DNA of 64,000 bases, taken from contig NW_024055479.1 of assembly GCF_902713615.1 (NCBI RefSeq), positions 62,001 to 126,000 of the forward strand. Direction: 5' to 3'. This document shows, in pieces, positions 12,261 to 23,480 of this stretch. This DNA is from Scyliorhinus canicula (Eukaryota). Made by a program: the position numbers and the translations under genes. The notes under the pieces were generated by a model, which worked only from the letters and a program-made list of their open reading frames with translations, searched no databases and had not been told where the DNA came from. How positions within the stretch are numbered: position 1 is the first letter of the stretch; each line of letters starts with the position of its first letter.

Positions 12261-13341
12261 GTAACAATTTTCACTGAATCACACACTCATTTTGCAGACT
12301 CTTCCATCAACATTCCTGACAATGTGCTGTCCGACTGGCGCAACTGACTCAGAGGCGGTAGGAAAGTAGGCTTCCAGTTGGGAGTTTGGCGAGGGCTGCT
12401 GGGAAGGGATCAACTGATTTGCAGGAGGGTGGAAACTGGAGGGTACATTCAGATGCGGAACAATCGAAAATAGTCATGGAAGGAAAAAAAATCATTGGAT
12501 CAGTCTGATCATCAAAATAATCCCAACGGTAGAAAATAAAATCATAATAACCTTTATTATTGTCACAAGTAGGTTTATATGAACGCTCCAATGAAGGTAC
12601 TGTGAAAAGCTCCGAGACACCACACTACGGCGCTTGTTCGGGTACACTGACGCAGTATTCAGAATGTCCAATTTGTCGAACAAGCACGTCTTTCGGATTT
12701 CTGGGAGGAAACCAGATCATCTGGAGGAAACCCACGCAGTCACGGGGAGAACGTGCAGACTCCACACTGAGAGTGACTGATATGGGAATCGAGCCTGGGC
12801 CCTGGCGCTGCGAAGAAAGAAGACCGTGTCGCCCTGTAACCGAAGGTTTCGGCATTGGTCATGGTATGTAATTCACTCTCACGAGCACAGCAAACAAAAC
12901 AGTCCAGCTGAGAGCCGCAATAGGAACCTATTAGTTTGAAATAATAGTTAATATAGAAAAGGTTAATGGGGGACACGAATGGCGGCTCAACATTCCTCCT
13001 GACAGGGTTTTCAGACAGAGATAGACAAGGGTAGGGTAACTTTATTGGTTTGATCATCAAATACAGACATGAAAAGGAATGATATCTTGGAAGATGATCA
13101 ATTGACGGCAAAACGATTGAGTTTAGAGCCAACACAGGGGATGTGATACACTGTGAGTGCATTATTGACCCTCAGTCAGAGGGAGATAGAATGGGAAATA
13201 TTCAGGTAAATCTTTGAGAAGTGCAATAAGGAAAGGGTCATTTCGAAGAGCCATTTGACGCCCTGGATTACTAGAGCAGTATCACAACCACCATAATGCC
13301 AATCATGTACCCAGTGGACTAAACAGAAAAACACCGTAGGC

Positions 13342-13360
13342 GAGCTCCATCTGGTGGCCA
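13342..13360 (-). promoter_or_regulatory. CTCF-like site
   Basis: Minus strand TGGCCACCAGATGGAGCTC closely matches the CTCF core consensus. Confidence 0.5.
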
Positions 13361-13424
13361 TCTGAGGTATGTGGACCTTTCCTGGAAAATCATCGAATTC
13401 TCAAATTATTGATAGATGTTACTG

Positions 13425-13760
13425 CATAGAACACAGACATACAATGCAGAAGGAGGCCATTCGGCCCATCGAGTCTGCACCGACCCACTTAACCAACTTA
13501 AGCCCTCACTTCCACTCTATCCCCGTAACCCAATATCCCCTCCTAACCTTTTTTGGTCACTAAGGGCAATTTATCATGGCCAATCCAGCTAACCTGCACG
13601 TCTTTGGACTGTGGGAGGAAACCGGATAACCTGGCGGAAACCCACGTACACACGGAAAGAAGGTACAGACTCCGCAGAGACAGTGACACAGCGGGGAATC
13701 AAACCTGTGTTCCTGGCGCTGTGAAGCCACAGTGCTATCCACTTGTGCTACCGTACTGCC
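13425..13760 (-). mobile_element. HE1/V-SINE family SINE
   Basis: Reverse-complement V-domain (tttggactgtgggaggaaaccgg) and head. Another degenerate copy lies at ~12660-12830. Confidence 0.8.
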
Positions 13761-14284
13761 AGTTGCGTGGTGATGTGGCATTACTTTTGGTTTATATTGC
13801 TATTATTCCGATTTATTTCAATGAAGATAAACTTATACACGGAGATAATTCAAACTGTATTTTAAATCCTGGCGATTCCCATTGTTTAGTGTAATATATC
13901 AGGCACATTGGTTGAACAAACTAGTTTTAAACAATATGGAACCACAAAGGTCACGATGAGATCCCGGCACGAAAATACCAACACGTAAAAAGATGTCACT
14001 ATGAAGCCTGACTCACACAAATATCAATGTTCTGATCTACATGTAAGTGTTTCCATTTTAATCCTACCCATCAGCTGTGGATATTATATTTTACCTGTTG
14101 TAGCTGCTCCTATTAATTGAACATTTTGGTGATTTCCGTGCAAAGGTGGACGAATTGGATATTCTGTGGTCTGAACTTCAGGGAAACGAGAGAAAGAGAA
14201 ACACGCGGAGAAGGTGTGAGAGTGAGGGTCAAAAACAGAGAAAGGGGAAACAGGCATAAAGACCGAGCGACAGAGCGAGCAGAC

Positions 14285-14710
14285 CTTGGATTGGATTGGA
14301 TTGGATTTGTTTATTGTCACGTGTACCGAGGTACAGTGAAAAGTATTTTTCTGCAAGCAGCTCAACAGATCATTCAGCACATGGGAAGAAAAGGGAAGAA
14401 AGGAAAATACATAATAGGGCAACACAAGTTATACAATGTAACTACATAAGCACCGGCATCGGGTGAAGCATACATGGTGTAGTGTTAATGAGGTCAGTCC
14501 ATAAGAATGTCATTTAGGAGTCTGGTGACAGTGGGGAAGAAGCTGTTTTTGAGTCTGCTCGTGCGTGTTCTCAGACTTCTGCATCTCCTACCCGATGGAA
14601 GAAGTTGGAAAAGTGAGTAAGCAGGGTGGGAGGGGTCTTTGATTATGCTGCCCACTTTCCCCAGGCAGCGGGAGGTGTAAATGGAGTCAATGGTTGGGAG
14701 GCAGGTTCGT
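14285..14710 (-). mobile_element. Rex1/Babar-type LINE 3' end
   Basis: ORF 14494-14781(-) reads KDPSHPAYSLFQLLPSGRRCRSLRTRTSRLKNSFFPTVTRLLND; (ccaat)n tail. Confidence 0.8.
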
Positions 14711-14966
14711 GTGATGGGGAGAAAGACAGAGGTGGGGGGACAGAGAAAGTCTGGGAGAAAGGGGCAGTTAGAAGATATCATTATTCCAGAACGAACGCTG
14801 ATTGGTACCCAACTGTAATCAGTTTCGACAGTTTAACCAATCATGTCTGTCGGAAACGCTCCTCCTTTTCCCAGCAAGTGCAGCATTCATTCATCTGAAT
14901 TTCCGCTTTAATACCAGAACATATTCAAAATCTGATTTATTTCAGTTGAACTCTAATCCAGACACC

Positions 14967-15401
14967 ATGTGTTCCCCATGTTGGTTGCTGATAATAATGG
15001 TCATGTTGCCCGGTGAGTCGATGTTCGAATGTTCACCGTGTGTTCCGTGTGCCAGCTTTACTCCCAGACATTGAATACGTTTTGTGTTTTGTTCCAGTAA
15101 CAAATGGTGAAGACTCAGTGTCCCAGGATCGATATGAGATAACGGTTCTGGAAGGAGAGAGCATTAAACTGGACTGTAGATATTCCATAGCTGTTTTGGA
15201 AACTCTATTCTGGTACACTCAGTATCCCGGGAATCCTCCGAGGAATGTAATGAGAATCTATAGTTCGGGCAGTTCAGATCAGTCTCCAGATTTCCCAGCC
15301 AGGTTTTCGGCTGCTTTGCACAAAGAAAACCAAACGGTACCTTTAAATATCGCCGTGGCTGATCTCTCCGACAGTGCCGTGTATTTCTGCGCCATGGAGC
15401 C
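14967..15401 (+). CDS. TCR alpha/delta V gene segment, intact (leader 14967-15012, V exon 15098-15401)
   Basis: Leader MCSPCWLLIIMVMLP, then G|gtgagt phase-1 intron ending ttccag. V exon VTNGEDSVSQ..LDC..LFWY..DSAVYFCAMEP has the conserved Cys/Trp/Cys and no stops. An RSS follows. Confidence 0.93.
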
Positions 15402-15441
15402 CACATTGATGCAGAGATACAGCGGATCCGGTACAAACACT
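15402..15441 (+). other. Recombination signal sequence (23-type)
   Basis: Heptamer CACATTG; GTACAAACA after 22 nt (ACAAACACT after 24 nt). Confidence 0.8.
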
Positions 15442-15464
15442 CACACTGGGAGTCCCAGTCATTT

Positions 15465-15480
15465 CTCGGCAGAGGGCGCT
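15465..15480 (+). promoter_or_regulatory. CTCF-like site just downstream of the RSS
   Basis: CTCGGCAGAGGGCGCT resembles the CCAGCAGAGGGCGC core. Confidence 0.4.
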
Positions 15481-16789
15481 CTCACATCGATAGACAGACA
15501 CAATTACTCAGCCTGTGAGGTCCACAGTGTCATTGCCAAACCATCAAAAACAAACACAACTCTCACTGAGAACAAGCGTTTCGACTAAAATGAATTTCAC
15601 AACTTAATTTACGGTTTGTTAACTCACCATTAGTCTTTTTATGATCTTTCTATTTCTGTCTGAATTATTGTGTGAACTTTTTCCATATTCGTTCTCCCCT
15701 TCTATGTCTGTTTGATCAAAGTCGGTACACAGGGTCTATATGGCTGGTTTATTTCATTGGTTGACAGACAATTTGTAGATAATGAGCACATTTCGCAAGG
15801 TAGTGGTTGCTCACTTTATAACAAACCCCAAGAATTGAGTCCCCCCCCCCCCCCCCCCCCTCCCAATGTTCATTCTCCTTTCGAATGTCTGTTTAATGTT
15901 TTCTGACACAATTCAGAAACCTGTGTTTACGTCCTACAATAACCAGCAAACCCATTCCTAACCCCGTCTGGATCTGTGCAGCGATTCTTCTTCGAAGGCA
16001 CTGACTGTAACCCATTCATTCATTGACAGACAGTTCCCCAACAAGAGGTGTTAAACCACAATTGGAGACGCAAGAAAGTAAAGTGAGAAAATCCTGAGGA
16101 AGACAACCGTTTCTTGATGGTGCGGAATAGAAGTTGTTGCTTCGAATTTCAACTTTTACAGATAAGACAGCGACATTGCGGCCACGCAGTATCTGGGTTG
16201 TATGGGGCTGGTGCGGGCGGGGCATTTCGGAACGTAATTGTGGAACAAACACATTTCATCGCATTTGCAAATCATGGTTTCAATCGGAATTTTAAACACA
16301 TGATTAATTCCTGTTTGAACATGTATTTCTGATCTGAGTGATGGAAATTCTGTTTCTCGGCTACTGTCCTCAGATGTTGAGACAAAAGAAGAAGTTGCTA
16401 TTTTTACTTTCACCTTTGATGCTGCCTTCTTAAATTGCTGCAGTCCATGCCGTGTTCGGGAGGGAGTTCCTGGATTTCACCTGTGCTGTGTTACTCATGT
16501 CAGCAGACAAGCAGTGAGGCAAAAAAAAAAACAGCAACAGCACCGCTCAGGCAGCCAAACTTCTCTCTGTATCTCTGGGTGGAGAAAGTGGCTCTGAAGA
16601 GTTAATCAGGACCAGGACTCACAGACTGAGTTTATGGTGGACAACAGTCCCACTCCCGTACTTTGCATTGTTTCTTAACGCTCAGTCTGTTCGGATTTCG
16701 ACAGAATCTCGGGCAGATGCAGCCACATTGAGCAATGGCAATGTCAGCCGCTCAAACCCACAACCGGGTGGAAACCACATTAATCTCGA

Positions 16790-16950
16790 ATCAAACTGTC
16801 ACCCACCTGTTTCCAGCAGCGGCAGTAGAAATAAACTGCAGAATCCGATTCGACCGACAAATCCGTCATCAAACCAGTCTCCAGGGTAACCCGTCTTTGC
16901 TCTTTCTGATCAGCTGTTAATTCTCTGGAACTCAGGGCTGGATGTTCAGA
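16790..16950 (-). pseudogene. Possible degenerate V FR3 remnant
   Basis: Minus strand reads PEFQ(R)..LTADQKEQRRVTLE...SDSAVYFYC, resembling FR3 of the 14967 V. No RSS or leader. Confidence 0.3.
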
Positions 16951-16993
16951 TCAACTCCGGGAAAGATGTTTCTGACCCTTCAACCAGTCCCAC

Positions 16994-17045
16994 TGACGTC
17001 ACTCAGTTTACAGACTGACGTCACTAAATCTGCAGGGTGACGTCA
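16994..17045. promoter_or_regulatory. Three perfect CRE palindromes upstream of the V at 17298
   Basis: TGACGTCA at 16994, 17016 and 17038 (22-bp period); a CCAAT box near 17115. Confidence 0.75.
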
Positions 17046-17297
17046 CACGTGTCCTCAGTCTGACCCCACAGAGGCGATGCTCTGCCGCATGCGCATTCTC
17101 CGACCCACACCCCACCCAATGCTGAAGCTCCCTCACAGCTTCACTTTGTGATCACAAGCCCCAGAGACCTGGTTCGGGCGGGCACGGTGCAGTTGGTGTT
17201 GGACTCAGTTTGATATACAACAGCGCTGCCTCTGCAGCATTGTCTCTGGTCCTGAAAACTACCGAGAGCTCCTGAACACAGATCGATAGGATCCAAC

Positions 17298-17814
17298 ATG
17301 AAGCTGAGCTTCACTTTAGTGATTATCTCCCTGAATTTCTTACTCTTCTCTCCGTGTGAGTGTGATCACGATGTCTGGCAGGAATATTTCACACATCAGA
17401 TATGTCACGTTGTAGTAACATACAGTTTGTTTTATTGTATATATTGTTATGCCATGTTGTATTTGATTGTGCTATATCATATTCTCGCGGTCTGTGTGAT
17501 ATTAAATTAATCACAATTATTGTACATGTGCATGTTTCTCAGATGTCGCTGGCAGCGAAGAGGTATCACAGTCCCCCGAGTCAATGGTGATTACCGAGGG
17601 AGATGTTGCATCCTTGGACTGTTCCATCACAGTAGCAGGACAGATCCTACAATGGTACAGACAATCCCCGGATGGCACCATGCTGCACCTGGCGAGCGGT
17701 ACCAGCGATCAGGGCAGGATAACATCTCGGTTCAGTTTTACAGAGAAACACGGTGTTCTGAATGTTAGTGACGCTCGAGTAACAGACACCGCCACCTATC
17801 TCTGCGCAGTGAGG
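17298..17814 (+). CDS. TCR alpha/delta V gene segment, intact (leader 17298-17355, V exon 17543-17814)
   Basis: Leader MKLSFTLVIISLNFLLFSP, then T|gtgagt...ttctcag. V exon YVAGSEEVSQSPESMVITEGDVASLDC..ILQWYRQ..DTATYLCAVR is open. Confidence 0.93.
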
Positions 17815-17853
17815 CACAGTGAACGGAAGACCATTCAGCGCCGTACAAAAACC
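17815..17853 (+). other. Perfect-consensus 23-RSS
   Basis: CACAGTG + 23 nt + ACAAAAACC. Confidence 0.97.
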
Positions 17854-18048
17854 TGCCGTGGTGATTCAGAAAGTGTGTAACCTGTGCAGTTATCAGAGAG
17901 CAGGGATTTTAGTAACACTCTTCCCTGATATGCCGCAATGAGTGAGGCCTGTTCATAATTTGCGTTTACATTTTCATATAAGAAAAGAAGGGCCATAATC
18001 CATTTAAATGCTGTTTTTGTCTGCAGAAGTATTAGCCAGAGAGCACGG

Positions 18049-18445
18049 ATGCCATGGTGCTTTACGATAATAATCATTCTGCCCTTTGGTGAGTTACTAT
18101 TCAAAGGTCGTTATCTATTTCTTGTGTTAAATCAACTTCCAATAGAGACACATTCTACGTTTTGTTACAGGGACGAGTGATGCACAGTACGTCTCCCGGG
18201 ATCCGGCCGAGTTGAAAGCCCTGGAAAAACAGTCAGTAATGTTCAGTTATAATCACTCCATGTGCAAAAGCTTTCTCTGCCTATGTAGGCAGGTCAGTAT
18301 TCCGGATAAGCTGCGAGATATTTACTGAGGAGGTATCGGCCGACACATTGAGCTGCGTCGCAAGATTTCTCAGATCAGTTGATTTGAAGAAGGGCAAATA
18401 AAACAACGGAACTGTTCGTTACACAAACCTGACAATGTTTGTTCT
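18049..18445 (+). pseudogene. TCR V pseudogene (3' truncated)
   Basis: Leader MPWCFTIIIILPF G|gtgagt; acceptor ttacag at 18170. Exon reads GTSDAQYVSRDPAELKALEKQSVMFSY (first Cys lost) ... DFSD ... ANKTTELFVTQT; stops present, no YYC or RSS. Confidence 0.75.
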
Positions 18446-18554
18446 CTGTGGACCTGGGATGAAATTAATCAGGCTGATCAAGGCGCTAAAGAAGACGACA
18501 CAAATACTCGCAGAGGAGTTTTGAGTGGGTTCTTGGTTTTTATGTTATGCTGCG

Positions 18555-19559
18555 TTTCACTGCACAGTAAGAGACCTCCACAGTCAGTTTGCTTACATTA
18601 CGAGCAACAGTCAAGCATTGTCTTCAGAATCCATCTTTTTACAATCTTACTACATCATTAGTAATTCAGTTTGGAGATTGTGCCGGCTTATGTCCTTATC
18701 AGTGGATGTTCGCTATACCTGGGTTGTATATTAAAGAACAAAGAACAATACAGCACAGTAACAGGCCCTTCGGCCCTCCAAACCTGCGCCGACCACATGT
18801 CCGATCTAGACCAACCGCCTGTACCCTTCTATACCCCGTCTGTTCAGGTCCCTATCCAGATAAGCCTTAAAGGTCGCTAACGTATCTGCCTCAACCACCT
18901 CACTTGGCAGTTCATTCCAGGCTACCACCACCCTCTGTGTAAAACAAATTTCCCCCGCACATCCCCACTGAATCACTCCCCCCCCCCCCCCCCGCCCCTC
19001 ACCTTGAACTTGTGCCCCCTTGTAATTGAAATTTCCGCCCTGGGAAAAATCCTCTAACTGTTCACCCCATTTATATCCCTAATAATTTTATAAACTTCTA
19101 TCAGATCGCCCCTCAGCATCCGTCTCTCAAGGGAGAACAATCCCAGTGTATTCAACCTCTCCTCATAGCTAATACCCTCCATTCCAGGCAACGTCCTGGT
19201 AAACTTTTTCCTGTACTCTCTCCAAAGCCTCCACGTTCCTCTGGTAGTGCGGTGACCAGAATTGGACACAGTATTCGAAATATGGCCGAACCAACGTTCT
19301 ATATAATTGTAACATATTCCAATCTAACTTCACTGACGCCCCTTCAAACACAACTACTGTCACCGGGGACAGTGTCATTGGACCTTCAAATAGTCCGACT
19401 GTAAATGTAGAGCATCAAAGGAGCAGAAGCATAAACAGGATGGAGGTAAACCTCTATCTAACGTTATGAGGCTGTGTAAATTTCCATCAATCTGTTAAAC
19501 TGGCTTGATGAGCGTCGTCCAGTACTTAATGTGCAAGAACCCAGTTATATTAGACACAT
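18555..19559 (-). pseudogene. TCR V pseudogene (family B) interrupted by a CR1 LINE
   Basis: Degenerate leader from 19559. FR1 PMTLSPVTVVVFEGASVKLD lies on one side of the CR1; the remainder H*..GHKPAQSP...VSYCAVK is at 18555-18727. Degenerate RSS CGCAGCA-23-TCAAAACTC at 18516-18554. Confidence 0.8.
18733..19313 (-). mobile_element. 5'-truncated CR1 LINE inserted in a V exon
   Basis: LYRTLVRPYFEYCVQFWSPHY and RRMLRGDLIEVYKI motifs; (ttctttg) tail; AATAT flanks both ends. Confidence 0.88.
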
Positions 19560-19679
19560 ATTAATTGAATCTCTCAGTGAATGGGAATGGAATGAGTTAG
19601 AGATTGAGAGGAGAGCGGGAACTTGGGCTCTGTTCAGCTCATTGTTCCACCCACACACTGCAGGGAGCCAGGCCCATTA

Positions 19680-19689
19680 TGACATCACT
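19680..19689 (-). promoter_or_regulatory. TCR V-promoter decamer AGTGATGTCA
   Basis: Exact match ~120 bp upstream of the family-B leader. Related GTGATGTCA motifs lie upstream of the paralogues (42657-42666, 42686-42695, and ~27270 on minus). Confidence 0.6.
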
Positions 19690-19799
19690 GAGGATACCTC
19701 TGATTTTGGTCTCACGTGTTTTTCTAATCATCATGCTTGGCCTTTGGGAGGCAGGTCGCAACCACCCCAGAGCTGGAGCAGGAATCCAGACCGTTTTGG

Positions 19800-22120
19800 C
19801 TTTCCAGTTCCCTGAGCTATCTCCAACTGTCGTTCGCTGGTGACATGAAAATCGGCGGTGTGCTAAATAGAGAGGAGGAAAGGTGCAGATTGCAGGTTGA
19901 GATATACAGACTGGCCAGATGGGCAGAACAGTGGCAAATGCAATTTAACCCTGAAAAGGGTGAGGTGATGCATTTTCGGAGGATCAACAGTGCAAGAAAA
20001 TACAAAATGAACGGCAGGACGCCACGACGTACAGAGGCAAGGGCAACATTGGTGTTTATGTCCATAGATCCCCAAAGGTAACAGGACAAGTAGAGTGATT
20101 AAGAAGACATACGGGATACCTGCCTTCATTAGCTGAGGCATGGAATATAATAGTAGGTCGGTTATTATGGAGCTGCATAAAACGCTGGTTAGCCCGCGGC
20201 AGGAGTGTGCAGTTCTGGTTGCCACATTATGGGAAGGGTGTGATTTCACCAGAGAGGCTGCAGAGGAGATTAATCAGGAGGTTTTCTGGGCAGGTGTGTC
20301 TCAGCTATGAAGAGAGGCTAGATAGGCTGGGATTATTGTCCTGAAAACAGAGAAGGCCGAGGAAGACCTGATCGAGGTGTTCAAAATTTTGAGGAACATA
20401 GAAAGGAAGAAACCTTTTGGCTTTGATTTTTAGGTCATCATTGGCTACAGGAATAGTGCCAGAGGACTGGAGGATAGCAAATGTGGTCCCTTTGTTCAAG
20501 AAGGGGAGTAGAGATAACCCCGGTAACTATAGGCCGGTGAGCCTAACGTCTGTGGTGGGTAAAGTCTTGGAGAGGATTATAAAAGATACGATTTATAATC
20601 ATCTAGATAGGAATAATATGATTAGGGATAGTCAGCATGGTTTTGTGAAGGGTAGGTCATGCCTCACAAACCTTATCGAGTTCTTTGAGAAGGTGACTGA
20701 ACAAGTAGACGAGGGTAGAGCAGTTGATGTGGTGTATATGGATTTCAGTAAAGCGTTTGATAAGGTTCCCCACGGTCGGCTATTGCAGAAAATACGGAGG
20801 CTGGGGATTGAGGGTGATTTAGAGATGTGGATCAGAAATTGGCTAGTTGAAAGAAGACAGAGAGTGGTAGTTGATGGGAAATGTTCAGAATGGAGTTCAG
20901 TTATGAGTGGCGTACCACAAGGATCTGTTCTGGGGCCGTTGCTGTTTGTCATTTTTATAAATGACCTAGAGGAGGGCGCAGAAGGATGGGTGAGTAAATT
21001 TGCAGACGACACTAAAGTCGGTGGAGTTGTAGACAGTGCGGAAGGATGTTGCAGTTTACAGAGGGACATAGATAAGCTGCAGAGCTGGGCTGAGAGGTGG
21101 CAAATGGAGTTTAATGTGGAGAAGTGTGAGGTGATTCACTTTGGAAAGAATAACAGGAATGCGGAATATTTGGCTAATGGTAAAATTCTTGGTAGTGTGG
21201 ATGAGCAGAGGGATCTCGGTGTCCATGTACATAGATCCCTGAAAGTTGCCACCCAGGTTGATAGAGTTGTGAAGAAGGCCTATGGTGTGTTGGCCTTTAT
21301 TGGTAGAGGGATTGAGTTCCGGAGCCATGAGGTCATGATGCAGCTGTACCAAACTCTGGTACGGCCGCATTTGGAGTATTGCGTACAGTTCTGGTCGCCT
21401 CATTATAGGAAGGACGTGGAAGCTTTGGAACGGGTGCAGAGGAGATTTACCAGGATGTTGCCTGGTATGGAGGGAAAATCTTATGAGGAAAGGCTGATGG
21501 ACTTGAGGTTGTTTTCGTTAGAGAGAAGAAGGTTAAGAGGTGACTTAATAGAGGCATACAAAATGATCAGAGGGTTAGATAGGGTGGACAGCGAGAGCCT
21601 TCTCCCGCGGATGGAGGTGGCTAGCACAAGGGGACATAGCCTTAAATTGAGGGGTAATAGATATAGGACAGAGGTCAGAGGTGGGTTTTTTACGCAAAGA
21701 GTGGTGAGGCCGTGGAATGCCCTACCTGCAACAGTAGTGAACTCGCCAACATTGAGGGCATTTAAAAATTTATTGGATAAGCATATGGATGATAAGGGCA
21801 TAGTGTAGGTTAGATGGCCTTTAGTTTTTTTTTTCCATGTCGGTGCAACATCGAGGGCCGAAGGGCCTGTACTGCGCTGTATCGTTCTATGTTCTATGTT
21901 CAGTAGAGGCGTCAACAACCAGGGGGCATAGATTTAAGGTAAGGGGCAGACGATTTAGAGGGAATTTGAGTGTGGTGAGATCCTGGAACTCATTGCCTGT
22001 CACAGGGTGGTCGAGGCGGGAACATTCACAATAGTTAAGGAGCGTTCAGATGAGGACTTGAAACACAATAGCATGCAAGGCTACGGACCAAGTGTTAGGA
22101 AATTGCTGTAGACTAGATAG
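19800..22120 (+). mobile_element. Old degenerate CR1 LINE split by a younger CR1
   Basis: WAEQWQMQFNPEK and DLIEVFKI motifs at 19800-20410; the element resumes at ~21901 (ggggcatagatttaagg...). Confidence 0.7.
20417..21808 (+). CDS. CR1 LINE ORF2 reverse transcriptase domain, 5'-truncated, open frame (463 aa)
   Basis: NYRPVSLTS, DFSKAFDKV, SGVPQGSVLGP, FADD and LEYCVQFWSP motifs with no stops; 3' UTR and (ttctatg) tail to ~21900. Confidence 0.92.
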   Translation: MALIFRSSLATGIVPEDWRIANVVPLFKKGSRDNPGNYRPVSLTSVVGKVLERIIKDTIYNHLDRNNMIRDSQHGFVKGRSCLTNLIEFFEKVTEQVDEGRAVDVVYMDFSKAFDKVPHGRLLQKIRRLGIEGDLEMWIRNWLVERRQRVVVDGKCSEWSSVMSGVPQGSVLGPLLFVIFINDLEEGAEGWVSKFADDTKVGGVVDSAEGCCSLQRDIDKLQSWAERWQMEFNVEKCEVIHFGKNNRNAEYLANGKILGSVDEQRDLGVHVHRSLKVATQVDRVVKKAYGVLAFIGRGIEFRSHEVMMQLYQTLVRPHLEYCVQFWSPHYRKDVEALERVQRRFTRMLPGMEGKSYEERLMDLRLFSLERRRLRGDLIEAYKMIRGLDRVDSESLLPRMEVASTRGHSLKLRGNRYRTEVRGGFFTQRVVRPWNALPATVVNSPTLRAFKNLLDKHMDDKGIV

Positions 22121-22619
22121 GTGCTTGATGGCCGGGGCAAACACGATGCGGCCAAAGAGCATTTATTTGCCGTAAAGCTCTACGACTAAGGAGCCTAAGG
22201 CAGGGAAACTGCCGATGGCGCCATGAGGCCGCCTCTCTTTAGGTCAAAGAAGGTAAAGGAGAGACTAAACTAAGTTGCTGAAATGTAAATGGTCTGTTAA
22301 TGAAGATCGCTTGGAGCTGTTTCCACGATCAGATACTTGGATAATACAAATATCGAGGAGAAATAAAGCTGAGGAAAAGTCCATTCATTATCTACACTGC
22401 GATCTGCTAAGCTGTAGAAGAGGTGTGTAAATAAAGCAAGAAGATTCAACAATAACTTTAGACGTAAATGTAGAGGGATTTACCGGAGCATGTAGAGAAT
22501 GCTGTTTTTGAAAGAAGAATAAGTAACTCTTTCAAAGTGTCTCGGCAGTATAGATCGTGTGACCTCATCCTTGACTCAAAGTTTCTAGATTCTAGTCCGT
22601 CATCTCCCTCCCGATCTAT

Positions 22620-22900
22620 TTCTTCTCAGTGCCTTGCACAGTGAGCAGCAGGTGCAGGGTGGTTACGGTGTAGTGAAGATTCAACCGTCGCTATTTCCGC
22701 TCCACCAGTTCCGAGAGTCACCGCACACTTCACTCAATATTGAGACTGCGGTATCCCCGCCCACAGCTTCCGGTTGCTACTCCCGCTCTGACCCAATTGT
22801 GTTACTGGAGAGATTGCTCCTGCTGGTCCATTCCTCTCATTGGTCGGATCAGCAGTGCAGTGTAACGGGGATCTGTATTTCTGTCTCTGACACAAGATTT
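22620..22900 (+). promoter_or_regulatory. Conserved ~280-bp upstream block of V family D, copy 1
   Basis: Homologous to 28475-28745(+) and 41610-41890(-). Invariant 18-mer GTCGCTATTTCCGCTCCA (ETS-like) at 22687-22704; ATTGG boxes. Confidence 0.6.
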
Positions 22901-22934
22901 ATCTCATTGTAGAGTTACAAACTCAAGGAGGATC

Positions 22935-23439
22935 ATGAGGAGCCATCTCGCTTCGCTCCTCATCGTTATCTCACTTCTCAGTCAGTATTTCCTTCCCAGC
23001 AACACTCCATTCTCTTCCTGACTGCTGTAACCCAGATGTTATTGTTGGTAAAATGACAGTGATAAATTTGCTGATAGTTGTATTACTCAATATGAAGCTG
23101 ACTCTGATTGTCATTATCGCTGTTATTTCTGTTAGAATGGAGCCACCAAGATACCGTGGAGCAAAAGCACCCTGAAATAATGGTTCAAGAGGAAAGTCAT
23201 GTCACAATAGCCTGCACCTTGAGAAGAAACGATTCCAACACTTATGTGTACTGGTACAGTCAGCAGCCCGGGAAAGCTCCAATGTACATGTTTCGTCTTA
23301 TTGGGCTGAATGTACAAAGAAACACCGACCTCGATGATCGGTTTTCTTCTACGTTTGATAAAACGAACAAGACTACCGAGCTAACGATCAGTAACACAAT
23401 GATCTCTGACAGCGCCGTGTATTTCTGTGCCATGCAGCC
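22935..23439 (+). CDS. TCR alpha/delta V gene segment, intact (leader 22935-22980, V exon 23136-23439)
   Basis: Leader MRSHLASLLIVISLL, then A|gtcagt...ctgttag. V exon WSHQDTVEQK..IAC..VYWY..DSAVYFCAMQP is open. Confidence 0.9.
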
Positions 23440-23480
23440 CACACTGCTACAGAGGTATGGTGGACCCCGTACAAAAAACC
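23440..23480 (+). other. Recombination signal sequence (23-type)
   Basis: CACACTG; GTACAAAAA after 22 nt (ACAAAAAAC after 24 nt). Confidence 0.8.
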
